Assembly: GCF_964194025.1 (NCBI RefSeq)
Contig: NC_134469.1
Span: 6,510,001 to 6,574,000 of the forward strand
Reading direction: 5' to 3'
Length of the DNA stretch: 64,000 nucleotides
From: Convolutriloba macropyga
Taxonomy: Eukaryota
Positions within the stretch are counted from its first letter, which is position 1. Each line of letters begins with the position of its first letter. This document shows, one piece after another, positions 1 to 12,100 of this stretch. Position numbers and translations under genes: made by a program. The notes below the pieces were generated by a model that had not been told where the DNA came from, made no database searches, and saw nothing but the letters and a program-made list of their open reading frames with translations.

Positions 1-261
1 TTCTCCTGCCTATACCTACCTACCTTTAGAGGTCAATTGTCATACCATGGAGTTGGTTTGCGTCGCAAATAGGGGTATAAACAGGCTAGTTAGCTATAAT
101 AAGCTGTAAACAATAAGGTGCATATAATTTGCAAACTAGCGCAAATTCTGGTTCTTTTGCCCGCGCAGAAAAAAAATGGCAGAGAAAAATGCGAAAGCAG
201 AGAAAAAAACGCACGCAAAGAAAAATATCATCATAGAGTATGTCCCTACCATCATTGTCAA

Positions 262-332
262 GCATCGGTGGTACAGTGGTAAAATTATCTCCTCCCACGT
301 GATAACCCATGGTTCGATTCCTAGCCGCTGCA
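262..332 (+). pseudogene. Degenerate tRNA-Gly copy with CCC anticodon (duplicate at 974-1044)
   Basis: Loop CTCCCAC; mismatches in the D, anticodon, T and acceptor stems. Confidence 0.8.
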
Positions 333-629
333 ACTTAGTATCTGCGCAGCAAAATTTTTTTCCCGCCCATACCTACCTACCTTTAGAGACCAATTGTGAT
401 AGCATGGAGTTGATTTGGGTCGCAAATGAGGGTATAAGCAGGCTAGCAAGCGGTAAACAAAAAGGAGCACATAAATTGCAAGAGACTAGCAGTATTATCG
501 GAAAATAGCAGAAAAAATGCTCACGCAGAGAAAAATACCCGCACGCAGACAAAAACGCTCATGCAGAGGAAAATGCGCACGGAGAGAAAAATATATGATA
601 ATAGAGTATCTCCCAACCAGTACTTTCAA

Positions 630-687
630 GCATCGGTGGCAGAGTGGTAGAATTTTCGTCACCCGGGTTCAATTCCCGGTCGATGCA
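630..687 (+). pseudogene. tRNA-Gly pseudogene lacking the anticodon loop (58 nt)
   Basis: ...AATTTTCGTC|ACCCGGGTTC...: 13 nt missing relative to consensus. Confidence 0.85.
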
Positions 688-1672
688 ACTTATTATCTGC
701 GCATCAAAAATTTTCTCCTGCCTATACCTACCTACCTTTAGAGGTCAATTGTCATACCATGGAGTTGGTTTGCGTCGCAAATAGGGGTATAAACAGGCTA
801 GTTAGCTATAATAAGCTGTAAACAATAAGGTGCATATAATTTGCAAACCAGCGCAAATTCTGGTTCTTTTGCCCGCGCAGAAAAAAATTGGCAGAGAAAA
901 ATGCGACAGCAGAGAAAAAAACGCACGCAAAGAAAAATATCATCATAGAGTATGTCCCTACCATCATTGTCAAGCATCGGTGGTACAGTGGTAAAATTAT
1001 CTCCTCCCACGTGATAACCCATGGTTCGATTCCTAGCCGCTGCAACTTAGTATCTGCGCAGCAAAATTTTTTTCCCGCCCATACCTACCTACCTTTAGAG
1101 ACCAATTGTGATAGCATGGAGTTGATTTGGGTCGCAAATGAGGGTATAAGCAGGCTAGCAAGCGGTAAACAAAAAGGAGCACATAAATTGCAAGAGACTA
1201 GCAGTATTATCGGAAAATAGCAGAAAAAAATGCTCACGCAGAGAAAAATACCCGCACGCAGACAAAAACGCTCATGCAGAGGAAAATGCGCACGGAGAAA
1301 AAAATATATGATAATAGAGTCTCTCCCAACCAGTACTTTCAAGCATCGGTGGCAGAGTGGTAGAAATTTTGTCTGCCAAACGAAAGACCCGGGTTCGCGT
1401 CCCAGCCGATGCAACTTATCTGCGCATCAGAACTTTTTTCCCGCCCAAAACTACCTTCACAGACCAATTGTCAAAGCATGGCAATTGGGCGTATAAGCAG
1501 GCTAGAAAGCTATATCAAGCGGTAAACAATAGGGTGCATATAATTTGCTAACCAGTGCAAATTCTGATTCTTTTGCCCGCGCAGAATAAAATGACAAGAA
1601 AATTCGCACGCCAAAAAGCGTACGCAGAGAAAAATATATCAATATAGAGTATGTCCATCCCAGAACTTTCAA

Positions 1673-1743
1673 ACATCGGTGGTTCAGTGGCAGAAGTGCC
1701 GCCTGACAGGAGATAGACCCGGGTACGATTCCCGGCCGATGCA
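1673..1743 (+). pseudogene. Degenerate tRNA-Gly-derived copy with GAC anticodon (related copies near 2.6, 3.27, 4.29, 5.14 kb)
   Basis: ACATCGG...GCCGC CTGACAG GAGAT; broken anticodon stem, B box GGTACGATTCC. Confidence 0.8.
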
Positions 1744-2029
1744 ACATATTATCTGCGCATCAAGATTTTTCTCCCACCATACCTAACTTCAGAGACCAAC
1801 TGTCATAGCATGGCAAATGGGCGAATAAGCAGGCTAGTATGCTATATCAAGCAGTAAACAATAAGATACATATAATTTGCAAACCAGCGCAAATTCTGGT
1901 TCTGTTGCCCGCGCAGAAGAAAATGACAGAGAAAAATTTTCACGCAGAGAAAAGTGCGCACACAGAGGAAAAATGCGCACGCAGAGAAACATATATGATT
2001 ATAGAGTATGTCCCTACCAGTATTGTCAA

Positions 2030-2100
2030 GCATCGGTGGTTCAGAGGTAAAATTTTCGCCTGTAACGCGATAAACTCGGGTTCGATTTTCGGCCGATGTA
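2030..2100 (+). pseudogene. Degenerate tRNA-Gly-derived copy with GTA anticodon (duplicate at 3623)
   Basis: Loop CTGTAAC; several stem substitutions; 3' end CCGATGTA. Confidence 0.8.
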
Positions 2101-4862
2101 GCTTATTATATGCGCACGAAAAAAGCGCATATTATTATCAGAGAATAGCACAGAAAGATGCGCACGCAGAGAAAAATAAGCGCACGCAGACAAAGACGCG
2201 CACGCAGAGGAAAATGCGCACGCAGAGAAAAATATATGATTATAGAGTATGTCCCAACCAGTACCTTCAAGCATCGGTGGCAGAGTGGTAGAATTTTCGC
2301 CTGCCACGCGATAGACCCGGGTTCGATTCGCGGCCGATGCAACGTATTATCTGCGCATAAGAACTTTTTCCCGTCCAAAACTACCTTTAGAGACCAATAG
2401 TCATAGCATGGCAAACGGGCGTATAAGCAGGCTAGTAAGCTAAATCAAGCGGTAAACAATAAGGTGCGTATAATTTGCAGACCAGCGCAAATTCTGATTC
2501 TTTTGCCCGCGCAGAAGAAAATGACAGAGAAAAGTTCGCACGCCAAAAAGCGCAAGCAGAGAAAAATATATCAATATAGAGTATGTCCATCCCAGAACTT
2601 TCAAACATCGGTGGTTCAGTGGCAGAAGTGCCGCCTGACAGGAGATAGACCCGGGTACGATTCCCAGGCGAGGTAACTTATTATCTGCACACCATAAATG
2701 CGCATTTTATTATCAGAGAGTAGCAGAGAAAAATGCGCATGCAGAGAAAAACGCGCACGCAGACAAAACCTCGCACGCAGAGGAAAAAGCGCACGCAGAG
2801 AAAAATATATGATCATAGAGTATGTCCCAACCATTACTTTCAAGCATAGGTGGCAGAGTGGTAGAATTTTCGCCTGCCACGCGATAGACTCGGGTTCGAG
2901 TCCCGTCCGATGCAACTTATTATCTGCACACGAAAAAGGCGCAAATTATTATCAGAGAATAGCAGAGAAAAACGCGCACGCAGACAAAAACGCGCACGCA
3001 GAGGAAAATGCGCACGCAGAAAAATGTATGATTATTGAGTATGTCCCTTACAAAAATTTCAAGCATTGGTGGTTCGGTGGTAGAATTGTCGCCTGCAAAG
3101 CGATAGACTTGGTATCGATTCCCCGCCGATGGCACTTATTACCTGCGCACGAAAAATGCGCAAATTATTATCAGAGAAAAGCAGAGAAAAACGCACATAA
3201 ATAGGAAAATGCGCACGCAAAAAAAAATATATGATTATAGAGTATGTCCATACCAGAACTTTCAAACATCGGTGGTTCAGTGGCAGAAGTGCCGCCTGAC
3301 AGGAGATAGACCCGGGTACGATTCCCGGCCGATGCAACATATTATCTGCGAATCAAGATTTTTCTCCCACCATACCTAACTTCAGAGACCAACTGTCATA
3401 GCATGGCAAATGGGCGAATAAGCAGGCTAGTATGCTATATCAAGCAGGAAACAATAAGATGCATATAATTTGCAAACCAGCGCAAATTCTGGTTCTGTTG
3501 CCCGCGCAGAAGAAAATGACAGAGAAAAATTTTCACGCAGAGAAAAGTGCGCACACAGAGGAAAAATGCGCACGCAGAGAAAAATATATGATTATAGAGT
3601 ATGTCCCTACCAGTATTGTCAAGCATCGGTGGTTCAGAGGTAAAATTTTCGCCTGTAACGCGATAAACTCGGGTTCGATTTTCGGCCGATGTAGCTTATT
3701 ATATGCGCACGAAAAAAGCGCATATTATTATCAGAGAATAGCACAGAAAGATGCGCACGCAGAGAAAAATAAGCGCACGCAGACAAAGACGCGCACGCAG
3801 ATGAAAATGCGCACCCAGAGAAAAATGAACTATTGAAGAGTATGTCCATACCAGTATTGTCAAGCATCGGTGGTTTAGTGGTAGAATTGTCGCCTGCCGC
3901 GCGATAGACCCGGGTTCGATTCACGGCGATGGAACTTATTTATGCGCACGAAAAAAGAGCATATTATTATCAGAGAATAGCAGAGAAAAACGCGCACGCA
4001 GACAAAACCACGCACGCAGAGGAAAATGCGCACGCAGAGAAAAATATATGATTATAGAGGAGGTCCCTACCAGTACTTTCAAGCATTGGTGGTTCAGTGG
4101 TAGAATTGTCGCCTGCAAAGCGATAGACTTGGCAGTGATTCCCCGCCGATGGCACTTATTACCTGCGCACGAAAAATGCGCAAATTTTTATCAGAGAATA
4201 GCAGAGAAAAACGCGCATAAATAGGAATATGCTCACGCAGAGAAAAATATATGATTATAGAGTATGTCCATACCAGAACTTTCAAACATCGGTGGTTCAG
4301 TGGCAGAAGTGCCGCCTGACAGGAGATAGACCCGGGTACGATTCCCGGGCGATGCAACATATTATCTGCGCATCAAGATTTTTCTCCCACCATACCTAAC
4401 TTCAGAGACCAACTGTCATAGCATGGCAAATGGGCGAATAAGCAGGCTAGTATGCTATATCAAGCAGGAAACAATAAGATGCATATAATTTGCAAACCAG
4501 CGCAAATTCTGGTTCTGTTGCCCGCGCAGAAGAAAATGACAGAGAAAAATTTTCACGCAGAGAAAAGTGCGCACAGAGGAAAAATGCGCACGCAGAGAAA
4601 AATATATGATTATAGAGTATGTCCCTACCAGTATTGTCAAGCATCGGTGGTTCAGAGGTAAAATTTTCGCCTATAACGCGTAAACTCGGGTTCGATTTTC
4701 GGCCGATGTAGCTTATTATATGCGCACGAAAAAAGCGCATTTTATTATCAGAGAATAGCAGAGAAAGATGCACACGCAGAGAAAAATAAGCGCACGCAGA
4801 CAAAGACGCGCACGCAGAGAAAAATATATGATTATAGAGTATGTCAAAACCAGTACTTTCAA

Positions 4863-4920
4863 GCATCGGTGGCAGAGTGGTAGAATTTTCGCCACCCGGG
4901 TTCGATTCGCGGCCGATGCA
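4863..4920 (+). pseudogene. tRNA-Gly pseudogene lacking the anticodon loop (58 nt)
   Basis: TTCGCC|ACCCGGG, the same 13-nt deletion as at 630. Confidence 0.85.
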
Positions 4921-7742
4921 ACATATTATCTGCGCATCAGAACTTTTTCCCGTCCAAAACTACCTTTAGAGACCAATAGTCATAGCATGGCAAACGGGCG
5001 TATAAGCAGGCTAGTAAGCTAAATCAAGCGGTAAACAATATGGTGCATATAATTTGCAGACCAGCGCAAATTCTGATTCTTTTGCCCGCGCAAATAGAAA
5101 AATATATCAATATAGAGTATGTCCATCCCAGAACTTTCAAACATCGGTGGTTCAGTGGCAGAAGTGCCGCCTGACAGGAGATAGACCCGGGTACGATTCC
5201 CGGCCGATGCAACTCTTTATCTGCGCATCAAGATTTTTTCCCCACCATACCTAACTTCAGAGACCAACTGTCATAGCATGGCAAATGGTCGAATAAGCAG
5301 GCTAGTAAGCTATATCAAGCAGTAAACAATAAGATGCATATAATTTGCAAACCAGCACAAATTCTGGTTCTGCTGCCCGCGCAGAAGAAAATGAGAGAGA
5401 AAAATTTTCACGCAGAGAAAAATGCGCACACAGAGGAAAAATGCGCACGCAGAGACAAATATATGATTATAGAGTATGTCCCTACCAAAATTTTCAAACC
5501 TCCGTGGTTGAGTGATAGAATTGCCGCCTGCCACGCGATAGACTCGGGTTCGAGTCCCGTCCGATGCAACTTATTATCTGCGCACGAAAAATGCGCAAAT
5601 TATTATCAGAGAATAGCAGAGAAAAACGCGCACGAAGACAAAAACGCGCACACAGAGGAAAATGCGCACGCAGAAAAATGTATGATTTTTGAGTATGTCC
5701 CTACCAAAAATTTCAAGCATTGGTGGTTCAGTGGTAAAATTGTCGCCTGCAAAGCGATAGACTTGGTATCGATTCCCCGCCGATGGCACTTATTACCTGC
5801 GCACGAAATGCGCAAATTATTATCAGAGAATATCAGAGAAAAGCGCGCATAAATAGGAAAATGCGCAAGCAGAGAAAAATATATGATTATAGAGTATGTC
5901 CATACCAGTATTGTCAAGCATCGGTGGTTCAGTGGTAGAATTGTCGACTGCCACGCGATAGACCCGGGTTCGATTCACGGCGATGCAACTTATTTATGCG
6001 CACTAAAAAAGAGCATATTATTATCAGAGAATAGCAGAGAAAAACGCGCACGCAGACAAAACCACGCGCGCAGAGGAAAATGCGCACGCAGAGAAAAATA
6101 TATGATTATAGAGTATGTCCATACCAGTATTCTCAAGCATCGGTGGTTCAGTGGTAAAATTTTCGCCTGCCACGCAATAGACCCGGGTTCGATTCCGGGC
6201 CGCGCACGAAGAAAGCGCATATTATTATCAGAGAACAGCAGAGAAAAACGCGGACGCAGACAAAACCACGCACGCAGAGGAAAATGCGCACGCAGAGAAA
6301 AATATATGATTATAGAGGAGGTCCCCACCAGTACTTTCAAGCATCGGAGGTTCAGTGGTAGAATTGTCGCCTGCCACGCGCTACACCCGGTTTTGATAGA
6401 CCCGGCCGATTCAACTTATTATCTGCGCATCAAAGCTTTTCTCTCGCCCATACCTACCTTTAGAGACCAATTGTCATGGCATGGCAAATGGGCGTATAAG
6501 CAGGATAGTAAGCTATACCAGGCGGTAAACAATAAGGTACATATAATTTGCAAACCAGCGCAAATTCTGATTCTTTTGCCCGCGCAGAAGAAAATGACAG
6601 AGACAAATTCGCGCGCAAAAAAGCGCACCCAAAGAAAATGATATCAATATAGAGTATTTCCATAAAAGAATTTTCAAACATCGGTGGTTAAGTGGTAGAA
6701 TTGCCTCCTGCAACGCGATAGACTCGGGTTCGATTCCGGGCCGATGCAATTTAATATCTGCGCACGAAAAATTCGCAAATTATTATCAGAGAATAGCAGA
6801 GAAAAACGCGCACGCAGACAAAAACTCGCACGCAGAGCAAAATGCGCACGCAGAGAAAAATATGATTATAGAGTATGTCCCTACGATTATTGTCAAGCAT
6901 CGGTGGTTCAGTGGTAGAATTGTCGCCTGCTACGCGATACACCCGTGTTCGATTCCCGCACGATGTAACTTAATATCTGCGCACGAAAAATGCGCAAATT
7001 ATTATCAGAGAATAGCAGAGAAAAACGCGCACGCAGAGGAAAATGCGCACGCAGAGAAAAATACATGATTGTAGAGTATGTCCCTACGAGTATTGTCAGG
7101 CATCGGTGGTTCAGTCGTAGAATTGTCGCCTGCCACGCGATAGACTCGGGTTCGATTCCAGGCCGATGCAACTTGTTATCTGCGCACGAAAAATGCGCAA
7201 ATTATTATCAGAATAGCAGGAAAAAACGCGCACGCAGTCGAAAACGCGCACGCAGAGAAAAAAGCGCACGCAGACAAAAATATATGATCATAGAGTGTGT
7301 CCCTACGAATATTGTCAAGCATCGGTGGTTCAGTGGGAGAATTGTCCCCTGAAAAGCGATAGACCCGTGTTCGATTTCCGGCCGATGGAACTTAAAATCT
7401 GAGCACGAAAAATGCGGAAATTATTATCAGAGAATAGCAGAGAAAAACGCGCATGCAGACAAAAACACGCACGCAGGGGAAACTGCGCAAGCAGAGAAAA
7501 ATATGTCCCTGCGAGTATTGTCAAGCATCGGTGATTCAGTGGTAGAATTGTCGCCTGCCAAGCGATAGACCCGGGTTCGATACCCCCGATGAAACTTATT
7601 ATCTGAGCACGAAAAATGCGCAAATTATTATCAGAGAATAGCAGAGAAAAATACGCACGCAGGCAACAACGCGCACGCAGAGGAAAATGCGCACGCAGAA
7701 AAAACGTATGATTATTGAGTATGTCCCTACCAGTAATTTCAA

Positions 7743-7813
7743 GCATTGGTGGTTCAGTGGTAGCATTGTTGCCTACCACGCGATAGACTCGGGTTCGATT
7801 CCCCGCCAATGCA
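7743..7813 (+). pseudogene. tRNA-Gly(ACC)-like copy (representative of 7 copies)
   Basis: Loop CTACCAC; acceptor GCATTGG/CCAATGC fully paired; D- and T-stem mismatches. Confidence 0.8.
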
Positions 7814-9043
7814 ACCTATTATCTGCGCACCAAAAAATGCGCATATTATTACCAGAGAATAAGAGAGAAAAACGCGCACGCAGACAACCACGCACGCAGA
7901 GCAAAATGCGCACGCAGAGAAAAATATATGATTACAGAGGAGGTCCCTACCAGTACTTACAAGCATCGGTGGTTCAGTCGTAGAATTGTCGCCTGCCACG
8001 CGATAGACTCGGGTTCGATGCCAGGCCGATGCAACTTGTTATCTGCGCACAAAAAATGCGCAAATTATTATCAGAATAGCAGAAAAAAACGCGCACGCAG
8101 ACGAAAACCCGCACGCAGAGGAAAAAGCGCACGCAGACAAAAACATAAGATTATAGAGTATGTCCCTACGATTATTGTCAAGCATCGGTGGTTCAGTGGT
8201 AGAATTGTCGCCTGAAAAGCGATAGACCCGTGTTCGATTCCCAGCCGATGGAACTTAAAATCTGAGCACGAAAAATGCGGAAATTATTATCAGAGAATAG
8301 CAGAGAAAAACGCGCATGCAGACAAAAACACGCACGCAGGGGAAACTGCGCAAGCAGAGAAAAATATGTCCCTGCGAGTATTGTGAAGCATCGGTGATTC
8401 AGTGGTAGAATTGTCGCCTGCCAAGCGATAGACCCGGGTTCGATACCCCCGATGAAACTTATTATCTGCGCACGAAAAATGCGCAAATTATTATCAGAGA
8501 ATAGCAGAGAAAAATACGCACGCAGGCAACAACGCGCACGCAGAGGAAAATGCGCACGCAGAAAAAACGTATGATTATTGAGTATGTCCCTACCAGTAAT
8601 TTCAAGCATTGGTGGTTCAGTGGTAGCATTGTTGCCTACCACGCGATAGACTCGGGTTCGATTCCCCGCCAATGCAACCTATTATCTGCGCACCAAAAAA
8701 TGCGCATAATATTACCAGAGAATAAGAGAGAAAAACGCGCACGCAGACAACCACGCACGCAGAGCAAAATGCGCACGCAGAGAAAAATATATGATTACAG
8801 AGGAGGTCCCTACCAGTACTTACAAGCATCGGTGGTTCAGTCGTAGAATTGTCGCCTGCCACGCGATAGACTCGGGTTCGATGCCAGGCCGATGCAACTT
8901 GTTATCTGCGCACAAAAAATGCGCAAATTATTATCAGAATAGCAGAAAAAACGCGCACGCATACGAAAACGCTCACGCAGAGGAAAAAGCGCACGCAGAC
9001 AAAAACATAAGATTATAGAGTATGTCCCTACGATTATTGTCAA

Positions 9044-9114
9044 GCATCGGTGGTTCAGTGGTAGAATTGTCGCCTGAAAAGCGATAGACCCGTGTTCGAT
9101 TCCCGGCCGATGGA
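9044..9114 (+). pseudogene. tRNA-Gly-derived copy with GAA anticodon (representative of 6 copies)
   Basis: GTCGC CTGAAAA GCGAT; G1:G72 mismatch (CCGATGGA) and a T-stem mismatch (CCGTG). Confidence 0.8.
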
Positions 9115-12100
9115 ACTTAAAATCTGAGCACGAAAAATGAGGAAATTATTATCAGAGAATAGCAGAGAAAAACGCGCATGCAGACAAAAACACGCACGCA
9201 GGGGAAACTGCGCAAGCAGAGAAAAATGTGTCCCTGCGAGTATTGTCAAGCATCGGTGATTCAGTGGTAGAATTGTCGCCTGCCAAGCGATAGACCCGGG
9301 TTCGATACCCCCGATGAAACTTATAATCTGCGCACGAAAAATGCGCAAATTATTATCAGAGAATAGCAGAGAAAAATACGCACGCAGGCAACAACGCGCA
9401 CGCAGAGGAAAATGCGCACGCAGAAAAAACGTATGATTATTGAGTATGTCCCTACCAGTAATTTCAAGCATTGGTGGTTCAGTGGTAGCATTGTTGCCTA
9501 CCACGCGATAGACTCGGGTTCGATTCCCCGCCAATGCAACCTATTATCTGCGCACCAAAAAATGCGCATATTATTACCAGAGAATAAGAGAGAAAAACGC
9601 GCACGCAGACAACCACGCACGCAGAGCAAAATGCGCACGCAGAGAAAAATATATGATTACAGAGGAGGTCCCTACCAGTACTTACAAGCATCGGTGGTTC
9701 AGTCGTAGAATTGTCGCCTGCCACGCGATAGACTCGGGTTCGATGCCAGGCCGATGCAACTTGTTATCTGCGCACAAAAAATGCGCAAATTATTATCAGA
9801 ATAGCAGAAAAAAACGCGCACGCAGACGAAAACCCGCACGCAGAGGAAAAAGCGCACGCAGACAAAAACATAAGATTATAGAGTATGTCCCTACGATTAT
9901 TGTCAAGCATCGGTGGTTCAGTGGTAGAATTGTCGCCTGAAAAGCGATAGACCCGTGTTCGATTCCCGGCCGATGGAACTTAAAATCTGAGCACGAAAAA
10001 TGCGGAAATTATTATCAGAGAATAGCAGAGAAAAACGCGCATGCAGACAAAAACACGCACGCAGGGGAAACTGCGCAAGCAGAGAAAAATATGTCCCTGC
10101 GAGTATTGTGAAGCATCGGTGATTCAGTGGTAGAATTGTCGCCTGCCAAGCGATAGACCCGGGTTCGATACCCCCGATGAAACTTATTATCTGCGCACGA
10201 AAAATGCGCAAATTATTATCAGAGAATAGCAGAGAAAAATACGCACGCAGGCAACAACGCGCACGCAGAGGAAAATGCGCACGCAGAAAAAACGTATGAT
10301 TATTGAGTATGTCCCTACCAGTAATTTCAAGCATTGGTGGTTCAGTGGTAGCATTGTTGCCTACCACGCGATAGACTCGGGTTCGATTCCCCGCCAATGC
10401 AACCTATTATCTGCGCACCAAAAAATGCGCATAATATTACCAGAGAATAAGAGAGAAAAACGCGCACGCAGACAACCACGCACGCAGAGCAAAATGCGCA
10501 CGCAGAGAAAAATATATGATTACAGAGGAGGTCCCTACCAGTACTTACAAGCATCGGTGGTTCAGTCGTAGAATTGTCGCCTGCCACGCGATAGACTCGG
10601 GTTCGATGCCAGGCCGATGCAACTTGTTATCTGCGCACAAAAAATGCGCAAATTATTATCAGAATAGCAGAAAAAACGCGCACGCATACGAAAACGCTCA
10701 CGCAGAGGAAAAAGCGCACGCAGACAAAAACATAAGATTATAGAGTATGTCCCTACGATTATTGTCAAGCATCGGTGGTTCAGTGGTAGAATTGTCGCCT
10801 GAAAAGCGATAGACCCGTGTTCGATTCCCGGCCGATGGAACTTAAAATCTGAGCACGAAAAATGCGGAAATTATTATCAGAGAATAGCAGAGAAAAACGC
10901 GCATGCAGACAAAAACACGCACGCAGGGGAAACTGCGCAAGCAGAGAAAAATGTGTCCCTGCGAGTATTGTCAAGCATCGGTGATTCAGTGGTAGAATTG
11001 TCGCCTGCCAAGCGATAGACCCGGGTTCGATACCCCCGATGAAACTTATAATCTGCGCACGAAAAATGCGCAAATTATTATCAGAGAATAGCAGAGAAAA
11101 ATACGCACGCAGGCAACAACGCGCACGCAGAGGAAAATGCGCACGCAGAAAAAACGTATGATTATTGAGTATGTCCCTACCAGTAATTTCAAGCATTGGT
11201 GGTTCAGTGGTAGCATTGTTGCCTACCACGCGATAGACTCGGGTTCGATTCCCCGCCAATGCAACCTATTATCTGCGCACCAAAAAATGCGCATATTATT
11301 ACCAGAGAATAAGAGAGAAAAACGCGCACGCAGACAACCACGCACGCAGAGCAAAATGCGCACGCAGAGAAAAATATATGATTCCAGAGGAGGTCCCTAC
11401 CAGTACTTACAAGCATCGGTGATTCAGTCGTAGAATTGTCGCCTGCCACGCGATAGACTCGGGTTCGATGCCAGGCCGATGCAACTTGTTATCTGCGCAC
11501 AAAAAATGCGCAAATTATTATCAGAATAGCAGAAAAAACGCGCACGCATACGAAAACGCTCACGCAGAGGAAAAAGCGCACGCAGACAAAAACATAAGAT
11601 TATAGAGTATGTCCCTACGATTATTGTCAAGCATCGGTGGTTCAGTGGTAGAATTGTCGCCTGAAAAGCGATAGACCCGTGTTCGATTCCCGGCCGATGG
11701 AACTTAAAATCTGAGCACGAAAAATGCGGAAATTATTATCAGAGAATAGCAGAGAAAAACGCGCATGCAGACAAAAACACGCACGCAGGGGAAACTGCGC
11801 AAGCAGAGAAAAATGTGTCCCTGCGAGTATTGTCAAGCATCGGTGATTCAGTGGTAGAATTGTCGCCTGCCAAGCGATAGACCCGGGTTCGATACCCCCG
11901 ATGAAACTTATAATCTGCGCACGAAAAATGCGCAAATTATTATCAGAGAATAGCAGAGAAAAATACGCACGCAGGCAACAACGCGCACGCAGAGGAAAAT
12001 GCGCACGCAGAAAAAACGTATGATTATTGAGTATGTCCCTACCAGTAATTTCAAGCATTGGTGGTTCAGTGGTAGCATTGTTGCCTACCACGCGATAGAC

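Larger units (their letters stand above)
1..1368 (+). repeat. 712-bp tandem duplication in the diverged left domain
   Basis: Position 1 (TTCTCCTGCCTATACCTACC) recurs at 713. tRNA copies at 262 and 974; near-identical ORFs at 176 and 888. Confidence 0.9.
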
